64,000 nt of DNA from Moniliella sp. 'wahieum' (GCA_003971905.1 RSEE01000062.1:186001-250000), one strand, 5' to 3'; positions 35,073 to 48,746 are shown, numbered from the stretch's first letter. Program-made: numbers and translations. Notes: generated by a model not told the origin, from the sequence alone.

Positions 35073-35764
35073 TAAGGAGACGGGGAACCATCTTGGTTCC
35101 ATGAACTGGATGAGCGACTGTGGGGGGCCATTCACATACTACACTGATGAAGTAGCTAGCGACTATAGTCCGTCAACGACACTTTTGGAGCCGCATCCGC
35201 CAAGCGAGAAGCAAGGAGGTGAGCATCAAGCCGCGGGCGCAAGGGTTTTCAAGCAGGCTCGTAGTAGGCAAAATGTGCTTGCCAGGTTTTGATGGAGAGG
35301 GCCTGTGAATCGCGAGAAGGACAACATGCGACGACTCCAGTGAAGAGAGATGAAAACACGAGGCTCTACTTATACTATCTATATCTGTGATGATCCACTC
35401 ACCTCTGTGGTGGGCTGCCCATGCATCCTTCTGATTCTCAGTCGGCCTTGGCAGAAGCAAGGAAAAGAGTAGGCAAACGATCATGATCAACGTACGGGAC
35501 AAGATGCACAAACCAAAGAGAACAAAGAGGAACACAAACAGTAAAGTCACATCGTGGAAACGGCGGGCGGGGAGAGAGAGGGTAGGGGGGAGTGTGGTAG
35601 GGGAGTGGCAGGGGGTGGCAGGCAACAACTGGTGGGGGAAAAAAGCAAGCCAAATTCGTGCAGAGGGATCGATCCGTCAAGGGAAGCAAAGGAACGAAGC
35701 AGAGGCAGAGGGGGGGGGGCAGACAGCCCCATAGACCCCTCTCATGTCCCATGCCCCATACCTC

Positions 35765-38700
35765 TTAGGTCCCCGTCATGTGCGCCACATCCTTACGCCA
35801 GACCGAGATGTGCTCGTCGGCCTGGGCCTTGCACTGGTCCAGTGCGCGCTGCAACGAGCGCACCACCTCATCATCGGCGCCCGTCTCGTTCTGCAAGCTA
35901 GTGTACAGTGCCTGCAACTGCGCATAGCGCATCTGACTCTCGTCCAAGCTGGCGCGCAAGTCGCGCACCTGCGCCAACAGATCGACGGACACTTGCTGGC
36001 TCTCCTTTGGGCTTGGGTGGATTGTTGGTAGGCCTTCTCTAGCGCTTGGAATCGCGCCGTCAGCAGCGTCACGTCTTCCCCCGTCTCGCCCTCGGAACCA
36101 GCACCGACTTGGCGCTGAAGCTACGATAGAGGAGATGGGCGTTCGTCAGTACCTCGTGGCGGTTGCGGGAGGGGGGCCAGGGGGGGAAGGGGGAGGACGT
36201 ACCAGTTCCTTATCATTCTTCAGCTGCGCGTGCTCTGCTGCAACGTGGCCAGGACCTGTCGGTGGGCATCCAATTCGGCCGTGACATTGTCCAAGTCCAG
36301 TTGGTATTTACGGCGAGACTCATGGAGGGCCTGCTGGGCCGCTCGAGCTGCTTGAGCATGTGCTGGCGTTCCGTTTCAAAGGCCTGCTTGTCTCCGTCGG
36401 CCGGGGCGGCATGAGCTTTGGAGCTGGCGGATCTGTGCGCGCAACGAATCGGCCTCGGTTTGGGCGAGATGAGCACGAGCTTTGCCTGAGCCAGCTCGTG
36501 CTCGGCCTGCTGAGTGCGAACTTGGGTCCGCGCTCGGCCCTGGTCGCCCTTGACACGGTCCACTCGAGCGCTTGCAAGCGGGCATAGTACTGGTCCGCTT
36601 TGGCTTTGTACAGGTGCGCCGTCTCGCGTGCCTCGGCCAGGGCATGGCTTCCGCTAGACGAGTCGATTTGGAGCTCCTGCAACGCCGTGCGCAACGAGGC
36701 AGTTTCCATCCTGCCCTGGTTGTGGGCCAAGCGCTCGGCATCGAGTGCGGCGCGCGCCTCGGCCAACTGGTCTCCAGCGCATCTCTCGACCGTACCACCT
36801 GAGCCAAGTCCTGCTTGACTTGGATCAACTCGGGCTGACTCGACTCGTCTTGCGCGCGGCCGAACTGACATTGTCCGCCGAGTAGCGGCCGAGGCAACGC
36901 GGCTCTCAGCCAAGGCCTGCGCTTGGGCAGAGTAAATGTTGCCCCGCGTGCCCCCCAAACATGAGCGTTTTGCGCTTCACGTCCCCAGCTGCGCCAAGCG
37001 GGCCCTTCTTTTCGGCGAGGAGAAGTCGCGCGGGGTCTGCAGGGGCGAGGGGGGGAGAGAACGGGCGTGTTGCGCTTTTGGCTGCGGAGCAAATCTGCTT
37101 TGGCCTCCATGTCGCTCTTCGAGCTCGTCGTGGCCAATGCGGAGCTCATCGAGGATCTTTTTGGTCAAGTCAGGATTGCCATGCCCATGAGCAACAACTC
37201 CTCCAGGTTGGCAAACGTGGTACCCCGAGCGGCCTGGGAGCTGCGCAGTTGCTTTTCCAACGCCGCGATTCGCGATTCGTACTCGTGCTTGGTCCGAGCC
37301 AAGATTTCTTCGGCATGCAGCTCTTTCCTCCGGCTTGTCGACAAGGCTTCGTCTCTCTGCCGGCGTGCGTCGCGGGAAGACTGTTGGAGCTGGGCAAGCT
37401 CGGTAGAATGCTTGTTGCCCTGGTCCGCATGAAGTGGGCGGGTACGATTCAGCTGGGTAAGTTGGTGGGTCAAATCTTCGTTTTCGCCAATCAGCCTCGT
37501 CTTGGTCTTTTCAAGGGTGCGAGTGTAGTTGAGGAGTTCATGCAACTTGGCTTGCGTCTCAGCGAGCTGACGGTCAGTATACTTTTTGGCTTCTTCCAAT
37601 ACATGGACATGCTCGACAATTGTCTTGTTGGTCATGCTCTGCGCCCGACGCAACTCCACCTGTGTTTCTGCTAGGGCCGAATGAAGTTGAGCCAATTCGG
37701 CCGCCTGGGCCTGTGCGTCCCTCTCCAGCTCAACAACTTGGTTTTGAAGCGCGGTTGCTTTGGCCGTGACCGACCTGTGCAGGTCTCGTTCCGCCTCGAG
37801 GTCCAATGCGAGAGCAGCATGCTTGTCCTTCCACTCTTGCCGGAACGTTGCAACGGCACAAGCTGTTCGTCCTCCAGGGCACGGTGTTTCGCCTCGGCCT
37901 TGGCCAACGCAGCTTTAAGCTGGTCGTGCCGATTGTTGACAGTGTCCAACTCGCGTGAGACCGACTCATGATGGGACCGTGCCTGAGCCAAGTCGGCCTG
38001 GGCAACGGACTTGGCTTGCTCTGCCGCGGCCAAACTCTCGCCCAGGAGAGCAAGTTGAGCCGTGTGGTGGTCGACTTGCTGTTGAGCAGCCTCGAGTGCC
38101 TGTTGGGAAGAAGCGTGCTCCGCTTGCCAGCGCGCCACCTCGGACGTGAGCAGGGTAACCTTCTTGGTGAGTTCCGTCTGGGCCTGGCGTGCGCGTGTTG
38201 GTCCCGAGCCAGCTGGGCCCGCAGCTCCGACAGTTCCTCCGCCTGCGCAGTTTGGAGTGCGTGTAGTTTCTCGTCGCCCTCTGAAGTCTTTTCCATCAAC
38301 AAGTTGGTCGTTCGATCCAGGTCCGCCTGCAGGCGTTCGGTCGACTGCACCAGCTCGGCCTGTCGTGCCTGTGCAGCCTCCAACTCGGCTACCGTAGCGT
38401 CCAGGTGGGCCTTGTGTTCGGTCGAGGCAAGCTTGTGAGCATCCCGCTCGCGTTGCGAGACAAGCAGCTCCTTTTTAGCTGCGCTCAACTCTGCTGCGGT
38501 CGCGCGGTGTGCCGCCTCGACTTGTTGGTGCGCTTGCTTGAGGCTGTCCATCTCGAGTGCAAGGGCTTGATGGTGAGTGTCGCGTTGGGCCGACTCAGAT
38601 TGGAGGCGTTTGCGCGCGCTAACGGCCTCGCTCAAACGATGTTCGATATCTTCCACTTGCTCCTTCCAGCGTGCTTCGGCCCGCTTGCGATCCTCCTCAC

Positions 38701-41700
38701 TTTGAGCCACCTTGCGTGCCAAAGCTGCCTTCTCCTTCTCGACGAGCTGGAGGGCGGTGCGCAAGCGCTCAGCATCGGCCTGGTGGGAAGCCAAATCGCG
38801 GGTATGTTGTTCCCCACGGGTGGTCCACTGCGTTTGTTCGTCCTGCAACTGAGCCAGCGAGGCGGCAAGAGCCTGGTGCTCTTCTTGCAACCGAACCAAG
38901 GTTTCTTCGGCATCTTGTTTGGCGTCCTGGGCCGCGTCGAGGTGTTGCTCCAAGGCATCCATGTCGGCGTGAAGCCCAGCGATTTCCTCTCTCAACTGAG
39001 CCTCGTGTTCCTGGCTGCGGCCAAGAGCTGGTCCTTATCGGTGGCCAAGGCGCGTTCCTGTGCGAGCTCCGCCTCTGCCTTTGCGACTTGAGACTCAAGG
39101 TGATGTTTGAGTTGGGCCAAGCGGGTACGTTCCTGTTCTTCGCGTTCGGCCCGCTCTGAAGCCAACTGCAACGCCAGTTCCTTTTGCCGCAACTCCTCGT
39201 CCTGCCGCGTCGCAGCGAGGAGAGGACGAACTTTGGTGTAGAGTTGCCACCAGGGCCATTGACGAAGTTCAACGTACTCGCGTGCGTTGCGCTGGATCAA
39301 CCGAATGGCCGCCGCTCGGTTCAACACTTTTTTCATTGCCCGCCGTGCGGTATACATGCGACAAGCGGCGCCAAAGCGGGTAAAGAGGTGGTACAACAGT
39401 TTGTCCCTCCGCTCTTCCAGCTCGGCAAGTACGCCAGCCTTGAAAAAGACCTTGGACGTGCCAATCTTGAAGCAAGACCGATGCAGCTCAAGTGCATCGA
39501 CCATGCGTTGAACGGCCTTGCGACCGTCCATGTAACCACGCGGGATGATGCCCTGTGTCAGGACCTCGTACCGGTTCCGAAACTCGCTAAAGAACAAACG
39601 GTTGGGGTAGCCAAGCCGAGCGATCCGAATGCCCTCGAGCACACCATTGCAACGCAGCTGTTCCAGCACAAGGGGTACGTCCATCTTGCCCGGTTTTTTG
39701 TCCGTGTTGGGGACAATGCATCTAACAAAGTGAGGTTGGGTGCTGGCCAACTGAGCCATGAGCGAGGCAAGTTGTTCCTTGTGCCGCTGGGCGACGGTGC
39801 GGAAGGCGCCTCGCTTCTTTCGCTTGCCACTCGGCGCCAAGTGATCCAAGTCGCCAGCATACTCGGCAAAAAGCGAGGCAATATACCGGTCGGTCGACTG
39901 AAGAGGACACGCGTCAAGTTATCGTTGAGGGGGTCCTTGTTCTTGTCGAGCCATTGTTCGGTGCGGTACTCGACTGCACCGGCATAGTGTTTGACGGTGA
40001 ATCCCTGTCCGAACCGGGCTGGGGAGTACTTGCTAGCTGCAGTGGCGGGCGAAATGTCATTGGTGGAAGTAGATGACATTTTGGATGCCTCGCCGTTGGG
40101 ACCCCAGACGCCATTGAGTTTCTCGGTAAATGTCAAATCGGTTGCCTTGGGCATGATACACTCCTCGTCGAGAGTGGAAAGGATACCGACAGGCGAGGTA
40201 CTTTCAATCAGCAAGATGGTCGGCTGAAGGTCCAAGCCAAAGTTGACAAAATCCCACTCGATCCCTTCCCGAGCATACTCCTCCTGTTCGAGGATGAACA
40301 TGTGGTGATTAAAGAACTGCTGGAGCTTTTCGTTGGTATAGTTGATGCACAGCTGTTCGAACGAGTTGTGCTCAAAAATCTCAAACCCGGCAATGTCGAG
40401 CACACCAATAAAGGAGCTCTTGGAGGTGGGACGGTCGAGAGCTCTGTTGATCCGGTCTACGATCGAGGCGAACGTCTTTTCATAGATGGTCTTACACAGC
40501 GCACCCATCTCATCCAGCACTTGTTTCCTGGTCCGGCTGTTGGTCACCCATTCCCGGCCCGCCCGAGCACGGGGACGGGTCAAGGCATTGGTAAAGTCCG
40601 CCTCGGGCAAGCCAAGGACGTGGCAAACCTTCTCGACCTGGTCAGGGTTTTGGATTCTGGCCTGCTCCCCAACCGAAGCGACGTCCAAGTTGCCCACATG
40701 CAGGATGGCTGCTACCACACGGAACAGGTTGACGCGTTCCTCGGGGGAAAAGCCCACAACATTAAGGGCGTTCATCAGGACGCGGAACTCGGATGCATCA
40801 TCGACGCCTTCAACGTCCTTGCGCGTGTCCTTGAGGTATGCATAGTCATCTGGCGAGCTGGACAAGGAGTTTTTCTGAAAAAAAAGGGGAAAGCAACACG
40901 TCAGAACGCGGCACCCAAATAGAGACACGCCCAAGCGCATTCGCGAGGAGGGGGAGGGGGGGGGGGGGGGGATACATACGCTTGAGTTCGTGCGCATCGC
41001 TGCGGAGGAGTTGATAAAAATGTGAAAGGAACGTTCGCGGGTGGACCGAGTGGTAACGCGGGACTTTTCCAACAGATACCAATCGATGTTGGCGCCCGCA
41101 ATAGCACCCAACGAGGTGAACTCGATGCGGACAAACTTGCCAAAGCGGGAAGAGTTGTTGTTGCGGATGGTCTGGGCATTGCCAAAGGACTCGAGGATGG
41201 GGTTGGCTTGAAGGATCTGACGCTCAAGAAGGCCAAGGCGTTTGGAGGCCAAGCCATCAATGCCTTGCAGATGGTCCTCGACGTACCGACTGGACGTGGT
41301 GCGGGTGCGAGGCGGGGAGCCGTCGGGCTCGGGAGGAGACATGGCTGCCACCGTGTCAGCAGCAATGGCAGCGAGGTACTGGATCACTTTTTTCGTGTTC
41401 TCCGTCTTGCCCGCGCCGCTTTCGCCCGTGATGAGCAGCGACTGGTTCTCGCGCTGGTCGAGCATGTTGCGCATCGCGCCATCGGCGACAGCATAGATAT
41501 GGGGTGCATTGTCTTCGCGCCGCTTGCCCTTGTAGGCAGCGACGTATGCGTCCGTGTAGATGGGAAGAGGGTGGTAGGGGTTGACGGCAACCAGGAAGAG
41601 GCCCGAGAATGTCTGCGGAGGGAAAGAGAAAATGTGTCAGGGTCAGGGCGTCGCACGGGGCCCAGGCCCAGGCGGGCACAAGCTTAGAAGAGAGAGAGGA

Positions 41701-42124
41701 GAGGAGAGGAGAGGAGAGGGGTTAGGTGGCAGGCATACATAGATGAGTCCGCTGAGGTAGCGCTGGCGCAAGTTGTGTACGACGCTTGCTTCGTTGAGGT
41801 AGGTGAGGTGGGCAATGTCGTCGACCTTGTCAAACTTGGGGGGGTTCATGGGCGCCAGGTCGTCGACAGGGACGGAGCGGGTGGTGCCGTCGGCGGTGAA
41901 GCGGACGACGGAGTGGGTGTCGGGGGCGCCGGGGGCTGGATCGTCGACGGTGGCCGGGAGGTAGCCCGCGGTGGGGTCGGGCACCCAGACATAGGTCTTG
42001 GCCGCAAACTCGCGGCGGCGGCAGCCTCCTCGAGCGAGGCGGCGGGGCCAGCGAGGCGGGGGGCGGTGGCGGCGGCGGCGGCGGCGGCGGCGTGTGCGCG
42101 TGCCTTGGGGTGGGCCGTCGCCAT
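35765..42124 (-). CDS. MYO1: Myosin type II heavy chain
   Basis: N-terminal SH3-like VWVPDP, NPPKFDKVDDIAHLTYLNEASV, intron 41738-41613, GESGAGKT, NNNSSRFGKF, LDIAGFE, EQLRCNGVLEGIRI, IQ motif, WPWWQLYTKVRPLL, long coiled-coil tail. Multiple frameshifts. Confidence 0.96.
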
Positions 42125-42728
42125 GGTGGGGGGGGGCGGGGCGGTCGGAGGTGGTGGCGGGCACGGATGGATGCGGGTGGGCCGGGCGGTGGCGCTGGCT
42201 GTGTATTTTGTTGCATCTACCCCCCACGCGCCGCCCGCTGACGTCAGCCGCTGCCCCGCCCGCATGGTTGCATTGTGCTTACGCACTACGGGGCGTTCGC
42301 GTGGCGCGTGGCGGTCACGTGCTCGCCTGGCTGGCTGATTCACAGGTTGTTTTCCCATTGTGGGTGTTGCGGGCTGCGCGACGCGTCACGCGTGGCAGGC
42401 TGGCTGTGCGCAACCGACTGGCGTGCAAGTTGGCCCATCCGTCATCCAATCCCAGCCCTGAGCGCCTGAGCAGGCAAGAAAGGCTACAGACAGACACGCT
42501 CCACCATCCAACTACCTCCCGCCATCCACCTGCCGCCCCTGTCTGGTGCGTGTCGCGTCTCGCTTGGCCTCTCCGCCAGCCCCTGCCGCTCACTGGCGAA
42601 CCAGTAGGGGCGGGATGGATGCATGACCGTGGGCGACCACCCCCTCCCCCCCCCCCCGCTCCTGCATCAACTGACCCTCCTCTGTTGCACCCCTCGGTCC
42701 ATTCCTGTGTCCCCCTCCCCAGCCTACC

Positions 42729-43279
42729 ATGACCGGCCCCAGTGGTTCCAAGAGCAAGCCCAAGAACTCGAGCAGTACCCAGAAAGTGAGGCGCACCAAG
42801 AAGGAGAAGGAGATGGGCAAGCCGAAGCGTGCCCTGACGGCCTATGTGCTCTTTTCCCAGGAGATACGCAACCAAGTCAAGGAGGACAACCCAGATGCGG
42901 GTTTTGGTGCGTAGTGTCGAACTGGGTCCGTCCGTGTTGTGTTGGGCCAGGGCATGCTGACTTTCGGTGGGCTGTGTTTCGTGTGATGACGGGTTGGGGG
43001 TTGTTGTTGTGGTTTCGACTTGTTTGGTTGGTTTGGTTTTGCTTGCGGGGTATGTCGGGTGTGCATGGGATTTTGGGGCGCTGTGCTTGATTGGACGGTT
43101 GTTGGGGCGCGGGGGTAGGCGACATAGGTCGGATCCTGGGCCAAATGTGGAAGGACATGGACGATGAGGCCAAGAAGCCGTTCAGGGACATGGCCGATAA
43201 GGACAAGCTGCGGGCGGAGCGCGAGAGAGCCGAGTGGAAGGCGGCGCAGGATGCGGCCCAAGAAGACGAGGAAGAGTAA
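42729..43279 (+). CDS. NHP6: HMG-box non-histone chromosomal protein
   Basis: PKRALTAYVLFSQEIRNQVKEDNPDAGF, intron 42907-43118, GDIGRILGQMWKDM...KKPF..MADKDKLRAERE. Confidence 0.9.
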
Positions 43280-44602
43280 CAACACCCGGGACATGGGCCC
43301 TGCCGCCACCGCCACCAGTTTGCCAGTGGGGCGGTGGATGCTAAACGTCGACGGATGAAAGGGGCTAGGCACTGGCGCATAATAATCTTTGTGTTGATGT
43401 TGGGACGGCTGCTATTAGACTACGTTGGGACGGTGTGGGCACATGCGAGGGTCGGGTGGGGAAGCAGGGCGTTCGACCTGGTCAAGGCAGCAGGGAGGGA
43501 GATGAGCGAGCCGCGCCGGCGTGACCGACGAGGCAGAGTAAGCAACGCTTCGGCTAATCGGCGCTAAGCTTAGCGCTAAGCCCCGGTAAGCCAAGGTGAG
43601 CCGCAGCTGAGCGTCACGTGGTGGGCCACCCCACTCGATCACGTGATCGATCCGTCCCGCGAACCACCCTTCTTTGCACCCTCCGATATGGAAAGTAGAG
43701 ATCACTTGTCCCTGTGACATGTGACCGGTGAACAATGGTGGTGTGGTCATGTGATCATGGGATACGTGGCATGGGGCCCGCGTCCCTTCCACGTGGCACG
43801 TGACAAGACGGGGTGGTGCCTTGGCGGCAGCTGCGGCGGAGGCACTGGGCTGCAGGCTGCAGTGGGTGACCGGTGAAGCTGGCTGCACGGGGTGCGACTG
43901 CAGGCGGCGCAGACGCAGCAGGGGGGCAGAGCAAGGCAGGGCAGGGCAGGGCGAGGCCATCCGGTGGGACCCAGTGCGCGCCCAGTACCAGTGCGCGTGT
44001 CGGGCGATGCACGATGGCGCCCAGCACGCGCCGGGAGCCCCGAAACTGGCGCTGCGCCGTATGGCTTGCCTATGCAGCGGCACCACGGGGGCTGTGCGGT
44101 GTGTGCTGCGTGGCCGGGTCGCACAGCGCCAGTGCGGACCCGGCGGTGCGGATGGCGCGGCACTGGCGCAGGCCGTGGCGATGCGTGATGTCCCAGCGCC
44201 GGGCAGTGCAGGGTGCGCAGGGGTGGATGCGACGGGTGACGCGCCATGCGCCCTGCGTCTGCCTGCGCTGCGTGGCCCTGGGACGCGCGGCGGGGCCGGC
44301 GCGGGGCGAGTGTGGCTGGCGTTCTGGGCGTCGGGCAGCGGCCCGCGTCCGGCGTCAGCCGTCAGCCGTCGGCGCATCACGCGTCAGCCCTCAGCCGCGC
44401 CTTCGCCACGCCCGCCCTCTCCCTTAGCTCGCTGCCGCTCCCGACGACGCTGCTGCTGCTGCCCTCGCCGTTGCCCTCGCCGCTCCTCCCGCTGCCTGCG
44501 CTCCTGCTGCCTGGCCCTGCCCCCGCCGCCCCCCGACCCCCCGACGCCCCCCCACAACACCATCCCCCCCACGCTCGCTGCCGCTGTGCTCCCTCGCCCA
44601 CC

Positions 44603-45298
44603 ATGTCTGGCAAGATGATGATCTACAAGCTCGTCGTCCTCGGCGACGGCGGTGTGGGCAAGACGGCCCTCACGATCCAGGTGTGTACATGCTGGCTCTG
44701 CGCTGCTCCCCTCTGCCGCCTGCCTCCGCCCCCCCTACGCTGATGTATGGCCTACTCCTGCTAACCCTCACGCCCTGCCCAGCTCTGTCTCAACCACTTT
44801 GTCGAGACGTACGACCCTACCATCGAAGACTCGTACCGCAAGCAGACCGTCATTGACGACCAGCCCTGCATGCTCGAGGTGCTGGACACTGCCGGCCAAG
44901 AAGAGTACACGGCGCTTCGCGACCAATGGGTGCGCGAGGGCGAGGGGTTCCTGTTGGTATACTCGATTGTCAGTCGGCCCACCTTTGACCGCATTGAGCG
45001 GTTCAAGAACCAAATCACGCGTGTCAAGGACGAGCCCAATGTGCCCACGATGCTGGTGGGCAACAAGTGCGACAAGGCGGACGAACGGGAAGTGTCATTT
45101 GAGGAGGGTCAGGCGCTGGCGATGCGTCTCAACTGCCAGTTTGTCGAGACGTCGGCCAAGACGTGCGTCAATGTCGAGAAGGCCTACCTCAATGTGGTCC
45201 GCATGATCCGGGAACAGCGCGGTGAGATTGTCAACAAGCAGTCCAAATCGAAAAAGAAGGCTGGCAAGGACAAGAAGCGCAAGTGCTATGTACTCTGA
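44603..45298 (+). CDS. RAS2: Ras GTPase, fungal Ras2 type
   Basis: YKLVVLGDGGVGKTALTIQ, intron 44681-44782, LCLNHFVETYDPTIEDSYRKQ, DTAGQEEY, NKCD, ETSAK, polybasic tail and CaaX (CYVL). Confidence 0.97.
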
Positions 45299-48200
45299 TT
45301 CCTTGGGTGGTCCAGCGCACACCCTCCGTACATCCATCTACTACTCCCCCCCTCTTGCCTCTTGCCATGGCCATTCTATTTCTTTCTCTCCTCAGGCCTC
45401 CTCTCCTTGCGTCTTGACCCTTTCTCCTTTCCCTCCTCCCCCCGCCCCCGCCCCCTTCAGCCTCAACGTTAAAGCTCTGTCACCCACTCATCCTGCACCC
45501 CATCCATCCGCGTCCTCTCGTCCTGCACTCCCGTGCCATCCTCCTGCCCGTCTGTCTCGCTTCTATCCCCCCCCCCCCTTGTTCTCCTACATGAGCTTTC
45601 ACCCGAGTCGAATCGCGCGCTGCCTCGACCCACCTTGTTCCGGCTTGCTTGTGACCCTTTGCCGCCACAATGTGGTGCCATGGGCAGGGTTGGTATTGAT
45701 GTTGATATTGGTCTTGGTCTTGGGCGGCGATCTGGATGAGGGTTTTGCTTTCCCCACGTTCATTTGAGTGTTGGGTTGGGATCGAGGTACGCACTATCTC
45801 AATCTTCTTTTCCCTTTCCTCTTCCGTTTCTTCTTGTTCTCCTGCTCTTCCTCCCCCCCTTTTTTTTCTCCTTTCCCTCCTTTTCCTCCTGTCTGTCTCC
45901 TCGTATCTGTCCTCTTCCTACTCCTCCTCTTTTTCTTCCTTTTCCTCCTCTTCCCTCCATTTCGTGCACGGTGCACGTCCGACAAGTTCCCATGCCTGCT
46001 TCTCTCTTGCTCTCTTCTCCCCACCCCGGTCCGTCCCTTCTTTACCCAGCCTAGCCCCTGGAGGGAAGGAGCGGTCTCCCTCCCTACCCTCTCCTTCACC
46101 TCTGGACTTGGGCGGTGCGATAGGCGGCGTGCTGGGCGTTTGGGAGCGGAGCCGGGAGCGGAGAGCAGCGGCAAGAGCGGTGGCGAAAGCGCAAACTGCT
46201 TGCCGGATCTCTCAGCGACCCTGCTCTGCTCTGCTCTGCTTTGCTTTGCTCTACTCTGCTTTGCTGTTTTGCTTTGCGTTTGCTTGGGACTTGGTTGGAC
46301 GCGGATTATTAAGATCACAATCCATGATCAGTTACCAGGTACCGGGGTGTTGTGTTTTGTGTGTGGATCTCCCGTCTCAGCCTCTTCGATCTCGACTGTC
46401 GTCGGGACTGGGTCGGGTCGATTGGGGTGGGCGAGAGCGGTAGTGGGTAGCGCACCAGCGAAGAATGGAGGATTGGATTATGGGTTTAGACAGGACAGCA
46501 CATCAAGGACACACGTAGACGCGCGTCGGGCTACGTGGGTAGCGGTAGCCAGCGGTAGCGAATTTTTGTAAGGGAGGGAAACCTGGGTCTACGAAAGACG
46601 GGGCAGAGATGAAGCGTGAGGAGCGAAAACGTTGGACGGTGGGCAGTGGACGGTGGACGTTTGGAAGACACGGGTTGGACCTTATAAACGGTTTGTTTGC
46701 GCTCAACGTCACCAACCGTGAGCTAAACCTTGACTACTGTGGACCTCGAGGGATGAACTTCGACTTCGATTACCACAGGCGAGCACCACTGCAAGCAAGC
46801 CGCTTGGCCGCGAACGTATATAGCTTCACAAGCGCAAGCACTCCGACCGACATGCTTCCCTCCGCTCCCACATTCCATCCTTCCATACTGCATGCAGGCA
46901 GATGCCTCCGTGTCCACCTGCCCTCTCGACAACCATGATGTTGTTGCCTGGTACGCTGGGCCGGAACAGTTGGCCTGAAGGTAGGGAAACGGTCTAAGCG
47001 GGGGCCATGACAAGTCATTGGGGGAACCGGGGTTGGAGACTGGGAAAGGAAGTGCCCGTCCAAGCCCGAGACAAAAGGACGAAAGGACGGGGGTCGTAGT
47101 GGGTTTTTGGTTTAGAATCACACACCACATTATATGCTGTCCCTCGGCCCACACGTCCCCCCCCCGCCCTCCGCCGTCCTTTTCGCCTCTTTTCCCGCGG
47201 CTGACACGCGGGGTGTACCAACGCAAATCCCGGTACAGATGAAACAAGATGAATGCGGTGCGGGAGGTGTGGATTGCCCCCCCTCTCTCGAGACACACAC
47301 ACTCTCTCTTTATCTCAGTTTCTCCTCCTGGAACCATCACCGACGGATGGCGCTTGCCTTTCCACTTGGCCCACACACAGAGCACCAACGATTGTCACCT
47401 GAATTCAATTAACGATAACAAACTGCACCGATGGCTCTCGCACCTTGGCTCGCACCTTGGCTCACACGCCACCACAAATAATAGGCAGCGCGTATCCGCT
47501 TGCACCACACGCCTGCGTAGCGCCCCACCCAGCTGATGGATTATATGGTACGCCGGCCTAGGACAGTTGTTTGCGAAGTCTCTCTTATTTTGTGTAGCCA
47601 ACAGGACGCCGATCGGGGTGCGCTTCGTGCAGGACCACAAAATAAAGGTCCGAGGGCATTATGGGGGGGCCTTCCATCTCGTGTATTAGTGCCGACTGAT
47701 CAAGTCATTTGACCCAAGTCATTTTGGCTCAAGCTCTTGATCAATGGCATCATGGGCGTGGGTGGAGAACTCTGGCCGCACGCTTACTTAGTACACAAGG
47801 GCCTCTCTTGGTTGTACTATAGTAGCAACACAAAAGCGAAAGAGAGGGAGATTGTCGGAGGTCGGACCGTGACATGATGATAGTAACAGTATGAAGGGCG
47901 GCGAGAGGCAACCAGAGGCTAACCGAGAATAGGCGACAATGGCGAACAAACAGAGCAAGCGCAGCCGTCTCACACCGTTGTGCAAATGGGAACAACGAAC
48001 GGATCCGTGGTCCAGAGGACTCATCAATAAGCTCAACGAAGAGCCCCATCTCTCTCAAAAAAGGGGCCCGACTGGACTGTGCGCATTCAAAGCTGTTGCC
48101 GAGACGCCCCTTGGCTGACTTTAGCCTTCTCTCTTTCATTTGGGTGCCGTGCATGGGACAGTTTAAGTGCGGGGATCAGCGCCAGGAGCGCGGACGGTTG

Positions 48201-48654
48201 TCATTCCCATCATCGGGGCGAAGGCGAGATGGACACGAAGTATACAATGCAACACTTACATTTTACTACTATACCCTGCTTTCCACACACCCCTCAGCAG
48301 TCGTCATCAGTTGGGCGCACCCCTGTACGCTGCGGCAATTTGACCTGCCCAAGCCAAGCCCCAACGGCTGCGCAGCCGACTGATGTGGCGGAACGGGCGG
48401 GGGAGGTGTCGGTGGCAGTGGAATTGGATCGATTGCCCGCTCATCTCAAGAGAGGCGCGGGGTCAGGGCCAGAAAGCTGGAAGTGGTGACGCAAGGAGGA
48501 GGTGGACATTGGGAGAACTACCACCAGAGGGAGAGAGAAAGGAAGGGGGGGTTGTTGACTGAGTAGTAAGGACGCGTGCTAATGCCGGGGGTGGCACACT
48601 GGGTTTCCTTGCCTCCCTTCTTGCTAGTAACCCCCCCAAAAAGCAAAAAGGATG

Positions 48655-48746
48655 TCTCCCCTCTGGGAGTCGAACCCAGGACATTCAGAGCGGAGTAACT
48701 CCACGTGACCGATTACAATCTGACGCTTCAACTGAGCTAAGGAGAG
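48655..48746 (-). tRNA. tRNA-Tyr(GTA) with 22-nt intron
   Basis: CTCTCCT/AGGGGAG-A acceptor, TCAGA-TTGTAA[intron]C-TCTGA anticodon arm, CTGGGTTCGACTCCCAG T arm, downstream T-runs. The D-loop is short and lacks GG in this read. Confidence 0.85.

Noticed and set aside
43415..44618. Long ORFs upstream of RAS2 and many antisense ORFs over real genes
   Set aside because: GC-rich sequence with few stops; translations are low-complexity Arg/Pro/Ala with no motifs.
45736..46571. Hydrophobic ORFs suggesting a membrane protein
   Set aside because: Products of a polypyrimidine tract and (CTCTG/CTTTG)n repeats.
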